This document shows, piece after piece, positions 25,290-36,805 of a stretch of DNA of 64,000 nt. Every line of letters begins with the position of its first letter. The first letter of the stretch is position 1. The notes beneath the pieces are model-generated. The model was not told the DNA's origin. It made no database searches and saw nothing but the letters and a program-made list of their open reading frames with translations. This DNA is from Desulfobacteraceae bacterium. Lineage in GTDB: Bacteria; Desulfobacterota; Desulfobacteria; Desulfobacterales; JAABSP01. The stretch is taken from positions 339 to 64,338 of the forward strand of contig JAABTD010000005.1 in the NCBI GenBank assembly GCA_011390065.1, in the 5' to 3' direction. The translations under genes were made by a program, and so were the position numbers.

Positions 25290-25376
25290 TTATCCCCAAA
25301 CGCCCATTCCGAAAGACGCCCAGAACAGGCAGGCGAACACGACAAGTCCGACCATCCAAAAGTCTTCTTTTTTCAT
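25290..25376 (-). CDS. 28-aa hydrophobic micro-protein downstream of the symporter (not in the ORF track)
   Basis: AAGGAGG, 6 nt, then ATG. Encodes MKKEDFWMVGLVVFACLFWASFGMGVWG-stop. Lies 38 nt after the symporter stop and just before the terminator. Confidence 0.45.
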   Translation of the reverse strand: MKKEDFWMVGLVVFACLFWASFGMGVWG

Positions 25377-25414
25377 AATATGCCTCCTTAGGCTTTAAGC
25401 AGTGAACACTGCGA

Positions 25415-27247
25415 TTAGACTTCTTTAACAACGATATTCTGCTCGGTGTCGGCCCGCTGGATCTGGGTCTCGCTGGTGGTGGCCATTTCCGCTTTGAAGC
25501 ACAGGCCCCACATCATGATGATGCCCAAAATCCACCACATGATCTGCCAGGACCAGAGCGAGCTGAATCCGAAGATGCCCTCTCCGAAAATGTTGTTGCC
25601 CAGGATGCAGGCGGGACCGATGGCGAAGAAATACCAGATCGGCACGATGTATTTCATGGCTTTCCGCCATTTCTTGCCGTTTTCAGTGGGCGCATCCACA
25701 TCATCCAGCCATTTGCGCATTTCCGCCTGCCGTTCCATGGTCTCCTGGCTGTCCTTGACGCCTGCGGCCTTCACGATGTAGGCCACTGCCAGGCCGGTGA
25801 ACGTCCCCCAGAAAGCCGCGTGCATCGACAAGGGGTTCGGCCAGATTTTATAGGTCAGGAATACGGCCAACATGCCCGCCAGAACCCCAGCTACGGCGCC
25901 CTTGTTGGGATACTTGAAGCCCCAGATGACGCCCACCAGGAGCACGTACATGACGAAGCCGAAGGCGGTTGCCAGGGCTCCCAGGATAACGAGCGCCGCC
26001 GTGGAGGTCAGACCCACCACCAGGGCCGCGATGGTCAAAACGGTGGCCAGCAGACGGTTGACCCAGATCTGCTCGGCGTCGCTCACGTTCTGGTTCTTGA
26101 TTTTGCGCCAGTAAACATCCCGGAGCAGAATCGATCCGCCGGTGCCGATGTAAGGCGCGGCCGTGGAGTGAATGGCGGCGATGGCGCCCATGAACACGAG
26201 CCCCAGCATGGCCGACGGCAGGAATTGTTTCATCAGGATCGGCACGATGCGCCGGTCGGTGAGCCCGCCGAATTCCTCGGCGATTCTCAGGAAGGTCGGA
26301 TCGTTGGTCACTTCGAGAACCCGGGCGCCCATGCCCTGAAACGCGGTGAAGAAAAACAGGGCGAAGCCGACCACGAAGGTGGACATGAAAGCCTGCTGCC
26401 AGGCCAGGGGCTTGGGCGACTTGATGCCGAAGGTCCACATGGTGAACGCGGGCGAGGACTGAATCCCCATGAGGGCGAACATGTAGGTGAGGATCATCAT
26501 CGCCGTCCATGCGGATTCTCCCTCGGCGCCGCCCAGGCCGAAGTTAATGACCCGGGGGACATTCAGGTGTCTGTCGCCGAGGCCGGCCACCGCGTCGGAG
26601 AATTGGCCCCATCCGCCGAACTGTTGGGCTTTGATCACGAAGAAGCCGAGGATGATGATGCCGCCCACCAGGAGGATGAACTGAATCACCCCCACCCAGG
26701 TGGAGGCTTTCAAACCGCCGGTGCAGACGTAAAACCACACGATGAAGGCGAGGAAGATGGCGCCGAAGGTGAAGGGGACGCCCGCGATGACGTTGAACAG
26801 GGCGCCGGCCGCCATGAGCTGCACCGCCGAGTAGAAGATGGAGTACAGGACCGCGGTGATCACCACCAGCCAGCGGATCGCCTCACTGTTGAAATAATAG
26901 GCGTACATGTCGCCGGGGGTGATGAATCCGTAGCGTTTCCCCAAAAGCCAGGTCCGTTTGGAGAAAAACGTGCCCGTGATGGGGATGGTCAGGACGTAAA
27001 AAGAGGCGAAGGCGTAGGCCAGGCCGTCCCGCCAGATCAACCCCGGATGGCCGATAAAGGTCCACCCGGAAAAGGAAGCCGCGGTCGCCGCCATCAAAAA
27101 GGCCGCAAAAGGAATTGAGCGGCCGGCGATGGAGTATCCCGACGAGGTCTTTTCCGTGAAATACCCCTTCAACCCCCAGTAAAAACAATAGATGATATAA
27201 ATTCCAAGAAATATGTATACCCAAGTGGTGGTACTTTGTATTTCCAT
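25415..27247 (-). CDS. sodium:solute symporter family transporter (monocarboxylate/acetate-type by context)
   Basis: 610-aa polytopic SSS-like protein (..SIAGRSIPFAAFLMAATAASFSGWTFIG..). AGGAGG Shine-Dalgarno. Immediately downstream of acs. Confidence 0.85.
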   Translation of the reverse strand: MEIQSTTTWVYIFLGIYIIYCFYWGLKGYFTEKTSSGYSIAGRSIPFAAFLMAATAASFSGWTFIGHPGLIWRDGLAYAFASFYVLTIPITGTFFSKRTWLLGKRYGFITPGDMYAYYFNSEAIRWLVVITAVLYSIFYSAVQLMAAGALFNVIAGVPFTFGAIFLAFIVWFYVCTGGLKASTWVGVIQFILLVGGIIILGFFVIKAQQFGGWGQFSDAVAGLGDRHLNVPRVINFGLGGAEGESAWTAMMILTYMFALMGIQSSPAFTMWTFGIKSPKPLAWQQAFMSTFVVGFALFFFTAFQGMGARVLEVTNDPTFLRIAEEFGGLTDRRIVPILMKQFLPSAMLGLVFMGAIAAIHSTAAPYIGTGGSILLRDVYWRKIKNQNVSDAEQIWVNRLLATVLTIAALVVGLTSTAALVILGALATAFGFVMYVLLVGVIWGFKYPNKGAVAGVLAGMLAVFLTYKIWPNPLSMHAAFWGTFTGLAVAYIVKAAGVKDSQETMERQAEMRKWLDDVDAPTENGKKWRKAMKYIVPIWYFFAIGPACILGNNIFGEGIFGFSSLWSWQIMWWILGIIMMWGLCFKAEMATTSETQIQRADTEQNIVVKEV

Positions 27248-27412
27248 TTTCTAATCCTCCTGTGCCATCTGTCCAATTTAGTTGACCGGCAAACTCACCC
27301 GCTGCATCCGGCAATTCAAAGGGATGCAGCATTCTCATCGATGGTTTTTTTTCACCCCCTTTCTCAGCATATCCGGTAGTTTCGGGATATCCGTTAAGCC
27401 TCCTGAAGCCGT

Positions 27413-27457
27413 CCCCGGCAGCGGCGGTTCTCTTGCCGTTCGCCGCCGCTGCCGGGG
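27413..27457 (-). other. large GC-rich hairpin immediately 3' of acs (attenuator, processing site or weak terminator)
   Basis: CCCCGGCAGCGGCGG, 15-nt loop, CCGCCGCTGCCGGGG (perfect 15-bp stem). No U-tract follows. Confidence 0.4.
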
Positions 27458-27481
27458 GATCTTCGAGGCCTTGTCAATGGG

Positions 27482-29521
<2,040 letters not shown>

Positions 29522-29586
29522 TTTTACTCCTCCTTGTTGTTTTTAAGGGTTTACGGCTTTGTGTCGAACCTTTTGCTTCCCTGGAA

Positions 29587-30237
29587 TCACCCCTGGGCAG
29601 CCGGCTTTTTCCGGATGCCGCGTTCGAAAATCTCCAACGCGATTTCAAGGGTTTGCCTCAAATAATTCTTTTCGTCATTGATGATCCGTTTGCTCTCCTC
29701 CCAGAGAACGACCCCGGAGAAAATCGCCCAGACGATCCCCGCCAGGGCCACGGGGTGTTCGTCGATGAACTCCCCCTCGGCGATGCCGTCTTCAAACAGT
29801 TTCGCCGTGACCTGGATGGAGTTCTGGGACAATTCTTTTATATTCTCTAACAATTCGGGAGTCAGGTTTTTGAGGGTTTCGCTGGATTGGAGGTGGAACA
29901 TGTTGACGAGCATCACCGGATCGAACTCGTAGACATCGAACATGGCCTCTTTGAGGGCGCCGATGCGGTCCGGGAACTTTTTCTCGCTCTGGACATGGGT
30001 AATATGCTCGAGGCGGATATTGAGGTACTGAAGAATCCGGATCGAGAGCGAGGAAAAAAGTTCATCCTTGTTCTTGAAATACAGGTAAAGCGTGCCGGGG
30101 CTCAACTCCGCCTCTTTGGCGATGTCCTCCATGGTCGTTTTGTTGAGGCCTTTTTCAGAAAAAACCCGTTTCGCTGCAACCATGATTTGCTGGCGGCGTC
30201 TTTCCCTCTCTCGTTTTTTTCGTTCCTGTATACCCAT
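29587..30237 (-). CDS. TetR family transcriptional regulator
   Basis: QQIMVAAKRVFSEKGLNKTTMEDIAKEAELSPGTLYLYFKNKDELF. Confidence 0.85.
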   Translation of the reverse strand: MGIQERKKRERERRRQQIMVAAKRVFSEKGLNKTTMEDIAKEAELSPGTLYLYFKNKDELFSSLSIRILQYLNIRLEHITHVQSEKKFPDRIGALKEAMFDVYEFDPVMLVNMFHLQSSETLKNLTPELLENIKELSQNSIQVTAKLFEDGIAEGEFIDEHPVALAGIVWAIFSGVVLWEESKRIINDEKNYLRQTLEIALEIFERGIRKKPAAQG

Positions 30238-30439
30238 AATTTAATGAATCTAATTTATTTGTTTGGGCACACTATGGAATATAGTTTTTCTTTAGTCAAG
30301 AAAAAAAATTCAATTTTTTGATATCGCAAAAATGATTATCGATAAATTGTTTTTTGTTTAGATGTTAAAAAAAGAAAAATCAGGGGGATAAGCGAATCCG
30401 GGGGATGCAGCGGATGGTAATGATTTTTTGCGGGGGGGG

Positions 30440-31399
30440 TCAGCTCAGGATTTTTTCAAGGGCCGGATGAGACAGGATTTCGCCCACGCGGCGGCGCCGA
30501 TGGGTCAGTTCGGAGGGGGATTTGAAGGTGATCGAAAGGGTGTAGACAGGGGATTCGAAGTGCGGGGGGGGGATCAACTGAACACCCCCGCCCAGGGGCA
30601 GGTCCCGGAGGTTGTCGGTGAACGCCGCCTCGGCGCGGCTGATTGCCGGATACCGCCGTCGCCTCAGACAGCGGCGGAGGGCGGCGGCCCGCTGGTTCCG
30701 GTCCGCATCAGCGTCCTTCAAAATCGATTGCGGCGCATCCTCCCGGAGAATGTCCACGATGGTCCGGTCTTCCCTCGCCGCGATCTCCTCCAGCAGGGTG
30801 AGGATCTCCCGCTGCTTGTTCAGACTGAGTCTGAGTTCGGAAAAGAGGTCCGTCAGTCTGGCGGCCGGTTCAGCATCGAGGCTGGAAAGGGTCCGGGCCA
30901 TGGAAAGGGACAGGACCCCGGACAGGATGCCCGATTGCAGCGGTTCGGGCAAGGTGCAGAGGGGCAGGAGCTTCCGTATCAAATCGGGCGTGTCCGGGAG
31001 TTCCAGGTCTCCGGCCGCCGAGCAGAGAGCGGCCGGATCTTGACAATGGGTCGACAGCAGGGATAAAGCCCTTGAGATTTCAATCAGATTAAGGGGGCGC
31101 TGGAAGGCGTTGTCCGCCACTGCCAGGCGGGCGCATGTCCATTCCGGCGTGTCCGGCGGCATCACGCGGGCCGGGATCCGGTCCCACCCCAGGGCCCGGC
31201 AGGCCGCCACGCGGCGGAACCCGGCGATGATGCGGACACCGGAGCCGGCGGAAGAGAGATGGAGAAGGGGAGGGGCGATGAGCCCCACCCCCTGGATCGA
31301 CCGTTTCAGGCCGGAAATGTCCTCGGCCGTGGTAATGCGGAAGGCGTCATCGGCCGCGTTAACCGCCGACAACGCCGCAACACCGTCATCGAATCGCAT
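30440..31399 (-). CDS. ParB/Srx-like N-terminal domain protein (orphan)
   Basis: [16 protein letters not shown] ... [16 protein letters not shown] (ParB GxRRxxA-like box). Start MRFDDG overlaps the purC 3' end by 14 nt. The upstream part of track ORF 30440..31615 is rejected. Confidence 0.6.
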   Translation of the reverse strand: MRFDDGVAALSAVNAADDAFRITTAEDISGLKRSIQGVGLIAPPLLHLSSAGSGVRIIAGFRRVAACRALGWDRIPARVMPPDTPEWTCARLAVADNAFQRPLNLIEISRALSLLSTHCQDPAALCSAAGDLELPDTPDLIRKLLPLCTLPEPLQSGILSGVLSLSMARTLSSLDAEPAARLTDLFSELRLSLNKQREILTLLEEIAAREDRTIVDILREDAPQSILKDADADRNQRAAALRRCLRRRRYPAISRAEAAFTDNLRDLPLGGGVQLIPPPHFESPVYTLSITFKSPSELTHRRRRVGEILSHPALEKILS

Positions 31400-32285
31400 C
31401 GGCGCTTCCGGTAAGCAATTGGAGCGCTTCCAGATACTTTTTCCGAGTGTTCCGGATGACCGTTTCGGGAAGGGAAGGGGCCGGCGGCGTTTTGTCCCAG
31501 TCGACGGAGGCGAGGTAATCGCGCAGGTACTGCTTGTCGAAGCTTTGCTGCCCGCCGCCCGGCCGGTAGCCGTCCTGGGGCCAGAAGCGGGATGAATCCG
31601 GGGTGAGCACTTCATCGATCAGCAGGAGTTCGCCGTTCTTCAGGCCGAATTCGAACTTGGTGTCTGCGATGATGATCCCCTTTTCCCGCGCCAGGGCGGA
31701 CCCGTGCCGATAGATCTTCAGGCTCAGCTCCCTGACCTGTTCCGCCAGGGGGCGGCCGATCCGGCGGGCCGCCTCCTCGAAATCGATATTGATGTCGTGG
31801 GCGCCGGCTTCTTCCTTGGTGGAGGGCGTGAACAGCGGATCCGGCAGCCGATCGGACTCCACAAGGCCGGCGGGAAGCGGGATGCCGCAAACCGCGCCGT
31901 TTTGCCCGTAGGACTTCCAGCCGGAACCGGATATATAGCCCCTCACCACGCATTCGATAGGCAGCGGCTCCGTTTTTTCCACCAGCATGCTGCGGCCTTC
32001 CAGTATGTCGGCATAGGGGCGGCAGGCAGGGGGAAAATCGGCAACATTTCCTGAAATGAGGTGATTTTTCACCAGGTCCGCCATCTTTTCGAACCAGAAT
32101 AGAGAGATCCGGGTCAGCACCTTCCCCTTGTCGGGAATCGGTTCCGGCATCACCACGTCAAAGGCGGAAATCCGGTCGGTGGCCACCATCAACAGGGCAT
32201 CCCCCAAATCGTACAGATCGCGGACCTTTCCCCGCTTGATTAACTTTAATTCCTTGAAATCGGTCTGATAAACAGCATTGCTCAC
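31386..32285 (-). CDS. purC: phosphoribosylaminoimidazole-succinocarboxamide (SAICAR) synthase
   Basis: GKVRDLYD...[13 protein letters not shown] ... [13 protein letters not shown]. Confidence 0.95.
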   Translation of the reverse strand: MSNAVYQTDFKELKLIKRGKVRDLYDLGDALLMVATDRISAFDVVMPEPIPDKGKVLTRISLFWFEKMADLVKNHLISGNVADFPPACRPYADILEGRSMLVEKTEPLPIECVVRGYISGSGWKSYGQNGAVCGIPLPAGLVESDRLPDPLFTPSTKEEAGAHDINIDFEEAARRIGRPLAEQVRELSLKIYRHGSALAREKGIIIADTKFEFGLKNGELLLIDEVLTPDSSRFWPQDGYRPGGGQQSFDKQYLRDYLASVDWDKTPPAPSLPETVIRNTRKKYLEALQLLTGSADAIR

Positions 32286-32295
32286 GTTGTCGCTC

Positions 32296-32679
32296 CTATA
32301 AATTATCTAAATCATCTAAAGATTGATGTTGCCTGAAAAACACCACAAACTGCTTCAGGCCGCGCAAGGCGTCGGGTTCCAACGCTTTGAACTGGATGCC
32401 GGTGCGGGAAATGCCGTTTCCAGCGTTCCGGGAGTGGACGACCTCGCCCTTCAGCTCCACCAGTTCCTCGGCCAAAGCAAGGGTCAGATCGATGCCCTGT
32501 CCGGACGCCATGGGGAAATGGGTTTCCAGAAGGATGCCCGATTCCGATATGTTCAATGTTTTTCCAATCGCCTAGATGACGGGGGTCTCTCCGTCTTCCA
32601 CGATGACGTGGGACAGATTTTCCGAATCGATCCGGATGTGTCTTCGTTTGTCAATGCTCATATCGCCTGGCATCCTCAT
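32296..32679 (-). pseudogene. PilZ-domain protein interrupted by an in-frame TAG at codon 36
   Basis: MRMPGDMSIDKRRHIRIDSENLSHVIVEDGETPVI-TAG-AIGKTLNISESGILLET. The stop splits the RxxxR and NxSxxG c-di-GMP motifs. The ATG overlaps the upstream stop (ATGA). Confidence 0.6.
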
Positions 32680-33908
32680 TTCTTTTTGGTTTTCGACGCT
32701 GCCTCGCTCTTTTCGGCCGCTTTCCGGCGTTGGAAATCCTGGGCCAGCCGCGTCGCGACCATGACGCTGGTGGAAACGTTTTCGATCAATCCGCGGAACA
32801 TGTTGGAAACGCCTTCAAACTCGTCCTTCAGGCGGGCGACCTCCGGCTTATCGACTTTGAAGGCCACATTCGACGCGGCGAACACCGACGCGTTCAAGGG
32901 CTCGTGTCCGATGTCCAGAAAGGGGACGGCGCCGATAAAATCTCCCGGTCCGAGTTCGGCCAGAAAGAGGGAACCGTTGTCCGTTTTCTGAACGATAAAC
33001 GCCCTGCCTTCGGCGATCGTGAAAAAGTCGTCCGATTCGCTGCCGTTTTGCCGAATAATCGGTTTGGCGTGTTTCAGGAGCGCTTTGGTATTGTTTTTAC
33101 CCTGCTGGATGGCGATGGCGTGTTCGGTGACCTCCTGCAGCCGCTTTTCCAGGCTTCTCAAAAGGCGGCGGAAGGCCGGCGACAATGCGGCGTATTCGGA
33201 TGTGAGCCGCTGGGTGTCGAGCACGCCGAGCTGGACGTCGGAGGCGGCCACGGCGGTGATGTTCCGGGGGCTGCCTTTGAAGGAGAAGGAATCGAGGTTG
33301 CCCAGAAACGCCCCATCTCCCATTCGATAGAGCTTAATCGGTCCCTGGCTCGTCTCCTTGACAATATCCACGAGCCCCTCCAGGACAGTCCAGTTCCATG
33401 AACCATGGGTCTTTTCCTCAACGATGACCTGACCCTCGGAAAATTCGTCCTCGCTGACCACATACATGTAATCGGCCAGCGGCCCTTTGATCACAGGATA
33501 GGAAAGGGGCTTGTCGCAACCGTCGGCGCTTTCCGGGGGGGCGGTCGCCTGTTTTTCATGGCAGAGGCCCCCCAGTTTTTCGATCTGACCGTCGTCAAGC
33601 ATCCGATTGCCGTCGAGAATGATGGCCATCCGATTCTCGTTGATGACCCTGGAAACGGCCGCCTCTTCTTCGATGAACTCGAATTCGCCTTCCAGCCAGC
33701 CGAAAAGGGCATAGGCCGCTTCAAGACCGGTCTTGTCCCCGGCTTTGGCGTTGACGATGTTCCCCTTTGAGAAATAGAGCAGACCAGGTTCCGGCGCGTG
33801 TTCGGATAGTATCCGGAGGGCGCCGGAAGCCCCGCTCGGGCCGATGACCTGGATGAGGTCGCCGAGTGCGAGAAAGTCGAGACTGCCGCTCAGAACCGGT
33901 TTGCTCAT
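32676..33908 (-). CDS. DUF4388 (PATAN-like) + two cNMP-binding-like domains
   Basis: LSGSLDFLALGDLIQVIGPSGASGALRI...GNIVNA...EAAYALFGWLEGEFEF, then two CAP_ED-like segments (..LYRMGDGAFLGNL.., ..LAELGPGDFIGAVPFL..). Confidence 0.7.
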   Translation of the reverse strand: MSKPVLSGSLDFLALGDLIQVIGPSGASGALRILSEHAPEPGLLYFSKGNIVNAKAGDKTGLEAAYALFGWLEGEFEFIEEEAAVSRVINENRMAIILDGNRMLDDGQIEKLGGLCHEKQATAPPESADGCDKPLSYPVIKGPLADYMYVVSEDEFSEGQVIVEEKTHGSWNWTVLEGLVDIVKETSQGPIKLYRMGDGAFLGNLDSFSFKGSPRNITAVAASDVQLGVLDTQRLTSEYAALSPAFRRLLRSLEKRLQEVTEHAIAIQQGKNNTKALLKHAKPIIRQNGSESDDFFTIAEGRAFIVQKTDNGSLFLAELGPGDFIGAVPFLDIGHEPLNASVFAASNVAFKVDKPEVARLKDEFEGVSNMFRGLIENVSTSVMVATRLAQDFQRRKAAEKSEAASKTKKK

Positions 33909-33919
33909 AGAATATCGAC

Positions 33920-34528
33920 CTACCAACCCATCTGTTTTCTGAGGGATTTCAGTGTGAGTTTGATGCATGTCTTCAGCGTGTCCCCGACGCCGTCGCCCCT
34001 GAGGGCGCTGGCTGGAAAGGAGGGCGCCTTCAGCTGGCGATTGAGGTCCCTTTCCATGGTTGTGAGCGACATAATGGGAATTCCCTGTTCCACCAGATCC
34101 CGTTTATTGTACTGCATGACCAGCGGAACTTTAAAGATGCTGAGGCCGTACTCCTTGAGGTTGCCGTGGAGGTCTTTCAGCGACAGGACGTTTTTCTGTC
34201 GCCGGACCGCCAGAGAATCGGCCACAAAGACCAGGCCGTCCACTTCCCGCAGCACCATCTTACGGGTGGCGCTGTATTTGACCTGTCCGGGAACCGTATA
34301 AAGCTGAAGCCGGACATCGTATCCCCTGATCTTGCCCAGCCCCATGGGCAGGAAATCGAAAAAGAGCGTCCGGTCTCCATCTGTTTCGGTGGTGACCATC
34401 TCTCCGGTCACCTGCTTTTGAAAATGTCTGAAAATATAGTCAAGGTTCGTGGTTTTTCCACAACGACCCGGCCCATAATAGACGATCTTGCACTCGATTT
34501 CCCGCTTTTTCAGATTGATATTGGCCAT
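33920..34528 (-). CDS. mglA: MglA-like Ras-superfamily small GTPase
   Basis: INLKKREIECKIVYYGPGRCGKTTNLDYI, LYTVPGQVKYSATRKMVLREVDGLVFVADS and QYNKRD. Very close to the Myxococcus MglA pattern. Confidence 0.85.
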   Translation of the reverse strand: MANINLKKREIECKIVYYGPGRCGKTTNLDYIFRHFQKQVTGEMVTTETDGDRTLFFDFLPMGLGKIRGYDVRLQLYTVPGQVKYSATRKMVLREVDGLVFVADSLAVRRQKNVLSLKDLHGNLKEYGLSIFKVPLVMQYNKRDLVEQGIPIMSLTTMERDLNRQLKAPSFPASALRGDGVGDTLKTCIKLTLKSLRKQMGW

Positions 34529-34549
34529 GATCTGTCTTATGCCTGCGTA

Positions 34550-35542
34550 TTACCGGATGTGCTTTATCTGAATGTCCAGGCTGTAGTCTCCCTGCTTGGG
34601 CCCGGATTCAATCCGTGATTTGGAGAAAACCACCCCTTCGCCGTTGAACATGGCGATGGGGGAATAGAAATGAACTTTCTTGAGTTCCAGGCCCGTTCGC
34701 AGTATTTCGATCAAAGCCTTGTCCGACGAAGAGATGAGCAAATTGATGACGCGGCCCGACTGGAAGCTGACGTCGTACTCGACGGTCCGCCATTTCCCCG
34801 GACCTTCTTCCAGCGTGATCTCCACTGAACTGATGTCGATGATCTCCTCCTCGGCGTCCGCATCCCCCAGGATTTCGCCCTGCACCAGCTCCGGCAGAAT
34901 GATTTCTCCGTCCATGATGCCCGGGTCTTCCACAATGGCTTCCCGGACGATCGGTTCAGGTTCCTTGCCGGGCAATGTTTCCTTAATGCCTTTTTTGTCG
35001 AGAATGGACTGGAGAAAGACGCGGAGTTTATTGAGTTCCTCAGGCCGCAGCGCGCTTTGATCGAACCATTCCCGGTATTGCCCGACGGCATCCGACATGG
35101 CGTTCAGCGTTACGTGGCACCGGATGATGTTCTTGGCGGCATTGACCTTCAGATCCTCGCGGTCCATGAGGACGCGGAACTCCCGCAGGGCCCGGTCGTA
35201 CTGTCCAAATTTGGCCAGGGCGACAGCCCCCTCCAGATCCCGGGTTTCCTCCCTGTCGGTAAAGGCGAACTTATTCTTAATGATATCCTGCACATTTTCA
35301 GGCACTACCGACATGTCCGGGGATGCTTCGATGCGGTTGATCTCCGCTTTCAGGATCTTGATCCGCTTGGCCACCGCCGGCAACAGCTTCTTATTGCCGA
35401 TGACAGCGGCATGTTTTTTGATTATTCGGCCGGCGTGGACATATTTCTCCAACGCCTCGTTGAGGAGTCCCTGGGACTTGTAAAGCTCTGCATGCTGCAA
35501 CAGGGATTTGATCTTCTTTTTAAGGTCCATCCGCCTCCTCAT
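34550..35542 (-). CDS. TPR-like helical repeat protein with a C-terminal beta-rich domain
   Basis: N-terminal helical repeats (LYKSQGLLNEALEKYVHAG ..; LAKFGQYDRALREF ..). Acidic linker. The C-terminal ~100 aa may have a PilZ-like fold but lacks the canonical motifs. Confidence 0.55.
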   Translation of the reverse strand: MRRRMDLKKKIKSLLQHAELYKSQGLLNEALEKYVHAGRIIKKHAAVIGNKKLLPAVAKRIKILKAEINRIEASPDMSVVPENVQDIIKNKFAFTDREETRDLEGAVALAKFGQYDRALREFRVLMDREDLKVNAAKNIIRCHVTLNAMSDAVGQYREWFDQSALRPEELNKLRVFLQSILDKKGIKETLPGKEPEPIVREAIVEDPGIMDGEIILPELVQGEILGDADAEEEIIDISSVEITLEEGPGKWRTVEYDVSFQSGRVINLLISSSDKALIEILRTGLELKKVHFYSPIAMFNGEGVVFSKSRIESGPKQGDYSLDIQIKHIR

Positions 35543-35664
35543 GGGCGCTTCCAGCGGTCGGCCCGCCGGCGTCCGCCGGCGCGCATAACTCTATGCATTG
35601 ATATACCAATATTTTATATTATCTACTCTATTTGTGATCGACCTGTCAATATCAGATAAATGAA

Positions 35665-35692
35665 TTGACAACAGAGGAGAGTATGCTATTTA
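35665..35692 (+). promoter_or_regulatory. possible sigma70-type promoter for mdh
   Basis: TTGACA, 16 nt, TATTTA, about 90 nt upstream of the mdh ATG, in an AT-rich divergent intergenic region. Confidence 0.3.
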
Positions 35693-35760
35693 TTTCCTTT
35701 TGGTTCAATGAATTTTTTACAATTGGCCTGATCGACCGTTTTTATGGATAGTTAACTTAA

Positions 35761-36714
<954 letters not shown>

Positions 36715-36734
36715 GCATTTTCAGACGCATCTGT

Positions 36735-36756
36735 AGGGGCGAAAAATTTCTCGCCC
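36735..36756. terminator. hairpin between convergent mdh and uvrC
   Basis: GGGGCGA-AAAATTTC-TCGCCCC. A partial extra copy, TCGCCCCTG, follows at 36762. Confidence 0.35.
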
Positions 36757-36805
36757 CTGCTTTCGCCCCTGCGCGTGCAACATCTTTCCTGCCTGTTATT
36801 TTGAT

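Noticed and set aside
31400-31615. The N-terminal 72 codons of track ORF 30440..31615.
   Set aside because: They lie inside purC in another frame and are Ser/Thr/Pro/Arg-rich. The ParB-like homology begins after the internal ATG at 31399.
32572-32574. Pyrrolysine as the reading of the PilZ TAG.
   Set aside because: It is kept only as a remote possibility. No pyl genes or methylamine methyltransferases are in this window, and a nonsense mutation or base-call error is far more likely.
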